From assembly GCF_000247565.1 (NCBI RefSeq), contig NC_016893.1, positions 480,001 through 512,000 on the forward strand: a DNA stretch of 32,000 nt, read 5' to 3'. Under the pieces are notes generated by a model, which worked only from the letters and a program-made list of their open reading frames with translations, did no database searches and had not been told where the DNA came from. This stretch comes from Wigglesworthia glossinidia endosymbiont of Glossina morsitans morsitans (Yale colony) (GTDB taxonomy: Bacteria; Pseudomonadota; Gammaproteobacteria; Enterobacterales; Enterobacteriaceae). A program made the translations under genes and the position numbers. Position 1 is the stretch's first letter. The number at the start of each line of letters is the position of its first letter. Positions 19,545 to 28,036 of this stretch are shown piece by piece.

Positions 19545-20822
19545 ATGATTAATAAAATATTATACGCAATATATAATACTATAACATATTTTTTACAACC
19601 CATCTTACTATTAAGACTGCTAATTCGTGGATTAATAGATAGTAATTACTTTAAAAATTGGAAAGAACGTTATGGATTTTTAAAATTTTCTATTTTTGAA
19701 AAATGCATTTTAATACATTGCGTATCTTTAGGTGAAGTAAATTCAATTATACCATTAATAAAAATAATAAAAAAGAAACATATAAATGTACCAATCTTAC
19801 TAACTACTACTACTTTGACTGGTTTGAATCAAGCAAAAAAACAACTATTAAACTCGGTATATTATGCATATTTACCATATGATTTATTAAGCGTAATAAA
19901 AAGATTTTTCAAACACATAAATCCGAAATTAGTAATTCTTGTAGAAAGAGAAATATGGCCAAATTTAATTAAAGCATTATATTTAAAAAATATTCCGATT
20001 GTATTAGCTAATGCAAGATTGTCTGAAAGATCTTTTAAAAAGTATAAAAAAATTAAAATTTTTATTACAAATATTTTAAATTATATCAATATTATTGCTT
20101 CTCATAGTTATGAAGACGGCAGAAGATTTTTAGATTTGGGTATAAATAAAAAAAATCTAAAAATAATTGGTAATATTAAATTTGATATAAATTATACTTT
20201 TAATTTACGAAAAAAAACATATATAAATTTTATACGACAGAATTGTTGCGTATGGATTGCCGCTAGTACGCATCCGGGAGAAGAAAAAATTGTATTAAAA
20301 TTACACAAAAATTTATTAAAAAAATTTCCAAACTTAATATTAATTCTTGCTCCTAGGCATCCTGAAAGATTTAAAAAAGTATCTCGAATAATTAAAAAAT
20401 TTAAATTGAATTTTATTACTTACAAAAATAGAAACAATATTACTCCTTCTACAAATGTAATTTTGTATAACGAAATAGGAAAATTAGTACATTTTTATAA
20501 AATTTCAGATATAGCATTTATTGGAGGTAGTCTTTTAAATTATGGAGGGCATAATCCGATAGAAGCAGCAATAAATAAAGTACCTATAATTACAGGTCCA
20601 TTTGTCAGAAATTTTTATGATATTAATACAAAATTAAAGCAAAGCAACGCATTAATTATGGCAAATAATTATGATGAACTTATTGTATGGATGAAAATTT
20701 TACTATTTAATAAAGATTTACGTCTTGCATACGGATTACGAGCCTTCAAAACATGTTATAAATATCGAGGAGCATCAAATAACTTATTCCATTTAATTCA
20801 ACCATTTTTAAGAAATAACTAA
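19545..20822 (+). CDS. waaA: 3-deoxy-D-manno-octulosonic acid (Kdo) transferase
   Basis: 425 aa with H.VS.GE, YLPYDL, E.E.WPNLI, ANARLSERS, W.A.STH.GEE, L.L.PRHPERF and GGSL...GGHNP.EAA. Confidence 0.92.
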   Translation: MINKILYAIYNTITYFLQPILLLRLLIRGLIDSNYFKNWKERYGFLKFSIFEKCILIHCVSLGEVNSIIPLIKIIKKKHINVPILLTTTTLTGLNQAKKQLLNSVYYAYLPYDLLSVIKRFFKHINPKLVILVEREIWPNLIKALYLKNIPIVLANARLSERSFKKYKKIKIFITNILNYINIIASHSYEDGRRFLDLGINKKNLKIIGNIKFDINYTFNLRKKTYINFIRQNCCVWIAASTHPGEEKIVLKLHKNLLKKFPNLILILAPRHPERFKKVSRIIKKFKLNFITYKNRNNITPSTNVILYNEIGKLVHFYKISDIAFIGGSLLNYGGHNPIEAAINKVPIITGPFVRNFYDINTKLKQSNALIMANNYDELIVWMKILLFNKDLRLAYGLRAFKTCYKYRGASNNLFHLIQPFLRNN

Positions 20823-20904
20823 AAATTAAATTTTGTAAAATATTTGCGTAATATTTTTTTAAAAAATGTAATACATATAAATTCAATACAACTAGGTAAT
20901 ACTT

Positions 20905-21390
20905 GTGAACTTAAAAAAAGCTATATTACCAGGAACATTCGATCCTATTACTAATGGGCATATTAATTTAATTAATCGTGCCATTAAAATATTCGATTAT
21001 ATTTTAATATTAGTTGCAAACAATTTTAAAAAAAAACAATTGTTCAATTTAAAAGAACGCGTTTTGCATGTAAAAAAAGCAACGCAACACTTGTCAAATG
21101 TTCAAGTAATAAGCATTAGTACATTAACTATGAACTTTGCAAAAAAAAAAAAATTCAATGTTATAATTCGAGGATTACGTAATATATTTGATTTCGAATA
21201 CGAATTAAAAATGTTAAAAATTAACAAATATCTTTATCCAGAAATAGAAAGTATTTTTATGATATCAGACGATTGTTGGTCACATGTATCGTCTAGTATG
21301 ATAAAAGAAATCATACATTACGGGGGTAATGTAGATTTGTTATTACCAAAATACATTGTGCAAGAAATAAAAACACGTATTCAACAATAG
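20905..21390 (+). CDS. coaD: phosphopantetheine adenylyltransferase
   Basis: 161 aa with PGTFDPITNGH, IRGLR...DFEYE and SSS.IKE. The GTG start at 20905 has AGGT 7 nt upstream. It follows waaA as in E. coli (kdtA-kdtB). Confidence 0.93.
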   Translation: MNLKKAILPGTFDPITNGHINLINRAIKIFDYILILVANNFKKKQLFNLKERVLHVKKATQHLSNVQVISISTLTMNFAKKKKFNVIIRGLRNIFDFEYELKMLKINKYLYPEIESIFMISDDCWSHVSSSMIKEIIHYGGNVDLLLPKYIVQEIKTRIQQ

Positions 21391-21401
21391 AAATGTAAAC
21401 T

Positions 21402-23057
21402 CTAAACTATTTTCCATTTTTTAGATAAATGTGTTATTAAATTAAATATTAAATTTTTATTATTATTATACTGATCAGCAAAAAAATACCCTATACGTTC
21501 AAATTGAATTGGATATTTAATATGATTTTTTGTTATGCTATTTTCTATCACGCCATGATAAATTTTTAAAGAATTAGGATTTAAAAAAGATAGAAAATCT
21601 TTTATATTATCCGGATTGACATGAGTAAACAAATTTTGATAAAACCTAAATTCAGCAGGGATATTATTTTTAGCCGAAACCCAATGAATAACTCCTATTT
21701 TATTAGAATCTTTCAATTCTGAATTTTTATCATACTTTTTATAACACGTACAAAATATAGTTTTAATTTCTCCTGTTTCATTTTTTTCAATACGATTTGC
21801 AATTATCACATAAGAATGTCTCAGTTTTACTTTTTTTCCTAAAGACAAACGCTTGTATAAAATATTTTGTTTTTCAGAAAAATCTGATCGATCAATATAT
21901 ATTTTTTTATGCAAAAAAATTTTTCTTTTTCCCATATTATGGTTGTTAGGATGATTAAAAACTTCTATAACTTTTTCATATGTATCTGCAAGATTTTCTA
22001 GTATTAACAAAACGGGATTTATGACTGCCATAAATCTGATTGCAGTTACATTTAGTTCTTTTTTGATACAAGATTCTAACAATGATATATCAATTATGTT
22101 ATTTTGTTTAGTAATTCCAATTAGATTGCAAAATGCGCGAATAGATGATGGCGTATAACCTCGTCTTCTTAATCCAGAAATAGTTGGCATTCTGGGATCA
22201 TCCCATCCATCTACAATATTATTTTTTACTAAAATTTTTAATTTTCTTTTAGACATTACAGTATACTCTAAATTTATTCGAGAAAATTCATATTGTTTTG
22301 GCAAAAACTGTATTGAAACGTTTTTTAATATCCAGTTATATAATTGTCTATTATCTTGAAATTCTAAAGTGCATAAAGAATGTGTAATTTCTTCAATTGC
22401 ATCTGAAATACAATGACTAAAGTCATACGTAGGATAAATGCACCATTTATTTTTTGTATGGTGATGACTTCTAAATCTAATTCTATACAAAATAGGATCT
22501 CTCATAATTATAAAAGGAGATTTCATGTCAATTTTAGCACGTAGACACGCAGAACCTTCAGTAAAATTTCCATTACGCATTTTTTCAAATAAATATAAAT
22601 TTTCTTGTATGCTTCTATCTCTATAGGGACTATTTTGACCGATTTTAGTCAATGATCCACGATATTTACGAATTTCATCTGAAGAAAGTTCTTCTACATA
22701 TGCCAAATTTTTCTTGATTAATTCTATCGCAAAATAATATATTTTATCAAAATAATCCGATGCATAACGCACTGTTCCGTACCATTGAAACCTTAACCAT
22801 TTTATATCATTTTTAATTGCTTCTATATATTTTTTATGTTGTGTTTTTGGATTAGTATCATCAAAGCGTAAATTGCATGTTCCTTGAAAATTTTTTGCTA
22901 TTTGAAAATTTAAACAAATTGATTTTGCATGACCTAAATGTAAATATCCATTAGGTTCAGGTGGAAATCTTGTACGAATTTTTATGCATTTTTTGGTACA
23001 AAGATCTTTATTAATAATTTTATAAATAAAGTTTGATGGTATTTTTTTTTTTTTCAT
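21402..23057 (-). CDS. glnS: glutaminyl-tRNA synthetase
   Basis: Matches include [40 protein letters not shown] and [18 protein letters not shown] chose the ATG at 23057 ([11 protein letters not shown]...) by N-terminal alignment with E. coli. The track's TTG at 23093 would add 12 residues with no homology. Confidence 0.93.
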   Translation of the reverse strand: MKKKKIPSNFIYKIINKDLCTKKCIKIRTRFPPEPNGYLHLGHAKSICLNFQIAKNFQGTCNLRFDDTNPKTQHKKYIEAIKNDIKWLRFQWYGTVRYASDYFDKIYYFAIELIKKNLAYVEELSSDEIRKYRGSLTKIGQNSPYRDRSIQENLYLFEKMRNGNFTEGSACLRAKIDMKSPFIIMRDPILYRIRFRSHHHTKNKWCIYPTYDFSHCISDAIEEITHSLCTLEFQDNRQLYNWILKNVSIQFLPKQYEFSRINLEYTVMSKRKLKILVKNNIVDGWDDPRMPTISGLRRRGYTPSSIRAFCNLIGITKQNNIIDISLLESCIKKELNVTAIRFMAVINPVLLILENLADTYEKVIEVFNHPNNHNMGKRKIFLHKKIYIDRSDFSEKQNILYKRLSLGKKVKLRHSYVIIANRIEKNETGEIKTIFCTCYKKYDKNSELKDSNKIGVIHWVSAKNNIPAEFRFYQNLFTHVNPDNIKDFLSFLNPNSLKIYHGVIENSITKNHIKYPIQFERIGYFFADQYNNNKNLIFNLITHLSKKWKIV

Positions 23058-23203
23058 TTTAAATTTGAAATTAGTTAAAAAAAATTTTGACAACTTAAAT
23101 TAGTTACTGCAAATAATATAATATAATTTTTATATGAAAATAAATTTCAAGTAAAAACTTATTTATTATATTTATTTTTTAAATAACTGAATTTTATAAA
23201 AAT

Positions 23204-23779
23204 TTATTTTTTATTTTTTCTAGAAACATATTCTCCAGTACGTGTATCTATTTTAATAATATCATCTTTTTGTACAAATAATGGAGCTTTTATAACTGCA
23301 CCAGTAATTAAAATAATTGATTTATTACTAGATTGTGAAGTATCTTTTTTTGATTGATTACGCGTGTCTAGAACTTTGATATTTATAAATCTAGGTAAAT
23401 TAATACAAATTGGATTTTGATTCCAAAATGTAACTGTACATTCGATTTGTTCTATGATCCATCTATTATTTTCACCTAGTATAGTTTTTTTGACATAAAA
23501 TTGTTCAAAATTCTTTTTTTTCATAAAATACCAGTGATTAGTATTTTGATAAATAGTTTTTGCAATAACTTCATGAATGTTAGCGGAAATACAATTTTCG
23601 TTTGATTTAAATATTTTGTCAACAATTTTTCCTGAAGTTATTTTTTTTAATCTTATACGATTAAACGGTTGACCTTTGCCGGGTTTTACAAATTGATTAT
23701 TTAGTACCAAATATGGTTCATGATTTAATAAAATTTTTAATCCCGAACGTAATTGATTTACGTTATAATAATGCGTCAT
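23204..23779 (-). CDS. efp: elongation factor P
   Basis: 191 aa with FVKPGKGQ.F (the modified Lys34 context) and TGAV.K.PLFVQ....IK.DTR.GEYVSR. Confidence 0.93.
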   Translation of the reverse strand: MTHYYNVNQLRSGLKILLNHEPYLVLNNQFVKPGKGQPFNRIRLKKITSGKIVDKIFKSNENCISANIHEVIAKTIYQNTNHWYFMKKKNFEQFYVKKTILGENNRWIIEQIECTVTFWNQNPICINLPRFINIKVLDTRNQSKKDTSQSSNKSIILITGAVIKAPLFVQKDDIIKIDTRTGEYVSRKNKK

Positions 23780-23794
23780 ATATTTTATATACAG

Positions 23795-24832
23795 GTGAAA
23801 AAAATTAATATTGTGCTAAATAAAAAAAAATTAATTTTTAATAATCTTTGGTTAAAAGAACTTTCTGATTCTATCACAGATCCTTTAGATTTATTAAAAT
23901 ATCTTGGATTAGATCATAAACAACATTTACTAGATGGAATTCAAGCAAGCAAACTATTTTCATTTCGAGTTCCTAAATTTTTTGCTGATTTAATGGAAAA
24001 AGGAAATGAAAAAGATCCTCTATTTTTACAAGTATTTACTAGATATGAAGAAATTATCAAATTTCCAAAATTTGTTAAAGATCCTCTTCAAGAACAAAAC
24101 AATCAACATGACAATTATGGATTTATAAAAAAATATAAAAATCGTTTGTTAATTTTATTAACAGGATATTGCGTAATAAATTGCAGATATTGTTTTCGAC
24201 GACATTTTCCTTATTCTAAACATGCTTTAAATCAATCACGATGGGATATTATTTATCAATATATTAAAAAAAATAAAAATATAAATGAAATTATTTTATC
24301 TGGAGGAGATCCATTAATGGAGAAAGATAAGTCATTAGATAAAATTATTACTAATTTAGAAAATATTTCGCATCTAACTACACTGCGTATTCATACCAGA
24401 ATGCTTACTTTATTACCTAATAGAATAACTCAATTTTTATGCGAAAGATTAATATCTTGTTCGTTAAATACTGTTTTAGTCACACATATTAATCATCATC
24501 ATGAAATTAGTGAAAAATTTAAAAAAAAAATTAAATTTTTACATCACAGCAAAGTAATATTATTGAATCAAAGTGTACTGTTACGCAAAGTTAATGATAA
24601 TGCATTAACATTATTTAAATTACATCAAGCATTATTTAAAATCGGTATAATTCCTTATTATTTGCACATGTTAGATAATGTATTAGGAGCGGCACATTTT
24701 CATGTATCAGAATGTAAAGCAAAAAAGATTATGATAAAACTTTTAGAAATTTCTTCCGGTTATCTTGTACCTAAATTTGTTAAAGAAGTGCCTGGAAAAA
24801 AAAGCAAAGTATTAATAAATTTGGAGTTTTAA
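23795..24832 (+). CDS. epmB: EF-P beta-lysylation protein EpmB (lysine 2,3-aminomutase family, radical SAM)
   Basis: Matches include the radical-SAM motif CVINCRYCFRRHFPY, SGGDPLM, LNQSVLLR.VNDN, PYYLH.LD...GAAHF and SGYLVPK. The start is uncertain. The track start at 23753 overlaps efp, and the in-frame GTGs at 23795 and 23813 fit the E. coli N-terminal length better. Confidence 0.85.
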   Translation: MKKINIVLNKKKLIFNNLWLKELSDSITDPLDLLKYLGLDHKQHLLDGIQASKLFSFRVPKFFADLMEKGNEKDPLFLQVFTRYEEIIKFPKFVKDPLQEQNNQHDNYGFIKKYKNRLLILLTGYCVINCRYCFRRHFPYSKHALNQSRWDIIYQYIKKNKNINEIILSGGDPLMEKDKSLDKIITNLENISHLTTLRIHTRMLTLLPNRITQFLCERLISCSLNTVLVTHINHHHEISEKFKKKIKFLHHSKVILLNQSVLLRKVNDNALTLFKLHQALFKIGIIPYYLHMLDNVLGAAHFHVSECKAKKIMIKLLEISSGYLVPKFVKEVPGKKSKVLINLEF

Positions 24833-25494
24833 ATATTTTTTTTATTTGGATTTAAAATAAGCAAGTTATGACTTGAATAATAATTTTTATTGTTTTTACT
24901 GACTTCTTTTGCTATACCAACAAACTTGCCTCCACGTTTAATCATAATTGTATGACATTGGCTAGTACCAAACAATTTACCGCATTTTAATATTTCTACT
25001 GTAGATGCTGTACATATTCCCTTTACTAAACCGTCAATAATAATATTTTTTGCAATTATATTTCCTTTAATTTTTCCTGTTTGTAAAACATAGACGGTAT
25101 TTTCTTTAGCTTGTATATTTCCGTGTATTTTTCCTGAAATATGAATATTTCCTTTTATTTGAACGTTCCCAATAAAAATAGTGTTTTTAGATAATACAGT
25201 ATCATGAATTTTTGAATACTGATATGTAACATTATTTTTTTCTTCAATTATTTTTGGGATATATATATTCTTATCTTGATCGTATTTTTTGTATATTGAA
25301 GATTTTTTATTATTACGAATTTTAAAATAATAAAATATAAAAAGAGATATCACGAGAGCAGATGTGAACGTACATAGTAATATGTTATTATTTAAGTATG
25401 CAATCAATGCCACAATCCATCCTGTCCAGATATAATTTAAAATAAAATCGTAGCTAAAATTTGATATTAATTTTTTTGTATTATTTTTTTTCAC
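24829..25494 (-). CDS. membrane-anchored bactofilin (polymer-forming cytoskeletal protein, CcmA-like)
   Basis: 221 aa. There are two N-terminal hydrophobic helices (about FILNYIWTGWIVALIAYL and ILLCTFTSALVISLFIFYYF). These are followed by a beta-helix-like repeat region, IGNVQIKGNIHISGKIHGNIQAKENTVYVLQTGKIKGNIIAKNIIIDGLVKG...VEILKCGKLFG...IKRGGKFVG, typical of the bactofilin/DUF583 domain. The architecture resembles Proteus mirabilis CcmA as I remember it. Confidence 0.7.
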   Translation of the reverse strand: MKKNNTKKLISNFSYDFILNYIWTGWIVALIAYLNNNILLCTFTSALVISLFIFYYFKIRNNKKSSIYKKYDQDKNIYIPKIIEEKNNVTYQYSKIHDTVLSKNTIFIGNVQIKGNIHISGKIHGNIQAKENTVYVLQTGKIKGNIIAKNIIIDGLVKGICTASTVEILKCGKLFGTSQCHTIMIKRGGKFVGIAKEVSKNNKNYYSSHNLLILNPNKKNI

Positions 25495-25686
25495 AAAATC
25501 ATTTTTTTAATAAAATAAATGATTCATTTTTATTTAAAATGAAGTAGCAATATATTTTTTATAAATTGTAGTTGATAATTATATCTTATAAAGATAAAAA
25601 TTTATTTGTATTAAATTAACTTATTTTTTTTATTTTTTTCATTATACATAAATAGCAATAGGGAATCAAAAAAAATGTTAATGTAA

Positions 25687-26472
25687 TTAATTTTTTAAAT
25701 TTAAATTATTTTTAATGTCTAATAGTATTTCTTTTACAATATATGGATTTCCAGCCAAAATATTTCCAGAAACTAAATAATCGTGACCTCCAATAAAATC
25801 AGTTACTATTCCTCCAGATTCACGTATTAACAACTCTCCACCAACAAATATTTTTTTGATTTTTGACTTCATATTAAAAAACGCTGAAAAACGACCTGCT
25901 GCAACATATGCCAAGTCTAATGCTATAGATCCTGTGCAACGAAAACTTTGATATTTTAAAAATAACTGTTTTATAAAATTGCAATCGTGCTTATTTTTTA
26001 TAAAATCTGATGTACTTGATAAAATTGAATATGCTAAATTTTTATGTTTTTTAATTCTAACTCGATATCCGTTTAATTGTGCCCCTTTTCCTCGAATTGC
26101 ACTGAATAATTCATTTCTAATTGGGTCATATATCACTGCAATTTCTGTTTTTAAATTTACTTGCACCGCAATTGAAATAGAAAAATGTGGTAAATTGTTA
26201 ATAAAATTTTCGAAGCCATTTAATGGATCAACGATCCATTTTATTTTAGAAAAAAAACGTGGCTTATCATTTTGATAAATATTAAAAAATATATGTTTTG
26301 GATAAAATTTATTAATAATATTTTTAATTAAAAGTGCCGAAGTATGACTGACGTTTAATAAATTTTTATTATGTTCTATATTATTAATAGAAAATAACAT
26401 TCCATAGTTTTTATTAATTAACTTTCCTGCTTCTCTTACTGCATAAATAGCAATGTTAAGTATTGGATGCAT
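25687..26472 (-). CDS. suhB: SuhB homologue (inositol monophosphatase family) with degenerate catalytic motifs
   Basis: MHPILNIA...REAGKLI.KNY, LPHF..SIAV, VYDP.RNELF.A.RG.GAQLNGYR, R.TGS.ALDLAYVAAGR and GN..AGNP are collinear with E. coli SuhB. I chose the ATG at 26472 (MHP...) by homology. The motifs DPLDGT and WD.AAG are altered (see findings). Confidence 0.88.
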   Translation of the reverse strand: MHPILNIAIYAVREAGKLINKNYGMLFSINNIEHNKNLLNVSHTSALLIKNIINKFYPKHIFFNIYQNDKPRFFSKIKWIVDPLNGFENFINNLPHFSISIAVQVNLKTEIAVIYDPIRNELFSAIRGKGAQLNGYRVRIKKHKNLAYSILSSTSDFIKNKHDCNFIKQLFLKYQSFRCTGSIALDLAYVAAGRFSAFFNMKSKIKKIFVGGELLIRESGGIVTDFIGGHDYLVSGNILAGNPYIVKEILLDIKNNLNLKN

Positions 26473-26785
26473 AATACAAATCTCTTTATACAAAAAAATA
26501 TTTAATGCATTAAAATAACTAAATTTTGAATAAAAAAATATTATTTTTATATTTTTAATATTTAAATTTAACTTAATTTTTAAATATTATTTATATGTTA
26601 CAAATATTTTTTTGTTTATATGTTATATTAAATAATATTTAATAATTTACATAAAATAATTATATTTTTAAAATAATACGGTATATTATAAATTATTTTA
26701 ACTTTAAATAAAATCTTATTAATGGTAATAATCAAAATTAATTATTAAAATTTAAGTTTGTATTGACTTGTATAGGAATAAAAAA

Positions 26786-27931
26786 GTGAAACTTCCAATA
26801 TATCTAGATTATGCATCTACTACTCCTGTAGATACAAGTGTATACAAAAAAATGTTATGCTACTTGAAATATAGCGGAATCTTTGGTAATCCAGCTTCAA
26901 AATCACATATTTACGGATGGCAAGCAGAAAATGCTGTGGAAAAATCAAGAAGAAGTATAGCAAATTTAATTTGTGCAGACACACGAGAAATTATTTTTAC
27001 TTCCGGTGCAACAGAATCTAATAATCTAGCAATTAAAGGAATTGCTTGTCTAAATAAAGAAAAAAAAATACATATCATTTCTGGAAAAACAGAACACTAT
27101 TCAGTTTTAGATACTTGCTATGCGTTACAGTCAAAAGGGATAGAGCTGAGTTTATTAAAACCTCAAAAAAACGGAATTATTTTACCTCAACAACTTAAAA
27201 AAGAACTGCGTAAAAATACTGTTTTAGTGTCTCTTATGCATGTCAACAATGAAACTGGAATTATTCAAGATATAGAATTATTTGGAAAAATCTGCCGTTC
27301 TTCAGGAATATTATTCCACGTCGATGCTACTCAAAGCATCGGTAAAATAGCAATAGATCTTCGTAAAATCCCAGTAGATTTAATGTCGTTTAATGCTCAT
27401 AAAATTTATGGACCTAAAGGAATTGGAGTATTATTTATACGCAGAAGACCTCCTATATATTTAAAAGCACAAATGCATGGAGGAGGTCAAGAAAATAGCT
27501 TCAGACCAGGAACATTACCTGTACATCAAATTGTCGGCATGGGAGAAGCGTGTCGTTTAATACAAAAAAAAATGCATGAAGAAAATAAAAAAATTGAAAA
27601 ACTTCGAAAGATTTTAATTAATGGAATACAAGAAAAAAATAAAATTATATTTAATGGAGATCAAGAAAATAATGTGCCGCATATATTAAATATATCGTTT
27701 CCAGGAATTGACAGCAGATTAATTTTATCTTCATTGAAAGATCTGGCGATTTCTACAGGATCAGCTTGTACATCAGGAGATTTTCATGAATCTCACGTAT
27801 TACAATCAATGGGCGTTAGTCGTTTGCTATCTAGTAATTCAATTCGTATTTCATTAGGAAGATTTAATTCTGAAGAAGAAATAAGATTTGCTGTTAATCA
27901 TATTAATAATATTATACCTAATTTAAATTAA
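26786..27931 (+). CDS. iscS: cysteine desulfurase IscS
   Basis: (M)KLPIYLDYASTTPVD matches the E. coli IscS N-terminus. A GTG start at 26786 has AGGA 8 nt upstream. The PLP lysine context is HKIYGPKGIG and the catalytic Cys context is STGSACTS. GTLPVHQIVGMGEA is also conserved. Confidence 0.92.
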   Translation: MKLPIYLDYASTTPVDTSVYKKMLCYLKYSGIFGNPASKSHIYGWQAENAVEKSRRSIANLICADTREIIFTSGATESNNLAIKGIACLNKEKKIHIISGKTEHYSVLDTCYALQSKGIELSLLKPQKNGIILPQQLKKELRKNTVLVSLMHVNNETGIIQDIELFGKICRSSGILFHVDATQSIGKIAIDLRKIPVDLMSFNAHKIYGPKGIGVLFIRRRPPIYLKAQMHGGGQENSFRPGTLPVHQIVGMGEACRLIQKKMHEENKKIEKLRKILINGIQEKNKIIFNGDQENNVPHILNISFPGIDSRLILSSLKDLAISTGSACTSGDFHESHVLQSMGVSRLLSSNSIRISLGRFNSEEEIRFAVNHINNIIPNLN

Positions 27932-28036
27932 TCTTTAAAAAAAATTAATAAAAACAATATTTTTTATCAAAAATATAGATGCAAACAATTTAAAATAAAA
28001 TTTTTTTAAAATTAACACGTTACTGTGAAATTTAAT

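Noticed and set aside
26763-26773. The 11-mer ttgacttgtat occurs both here (just upstream of iscS) and at 7269-7279 in the fabA-dnaK G/C island. A similar cttgactta lies upstream of nhaA near 11207.
   Set aside because: Only two exact copies of an 11-mer appear in 32 kb of low-complexity sequence. The iscS copy is too close to the start codon to be a -35 element. This is insufficient evidence for a shared regulatory motif without genome-wide counts.
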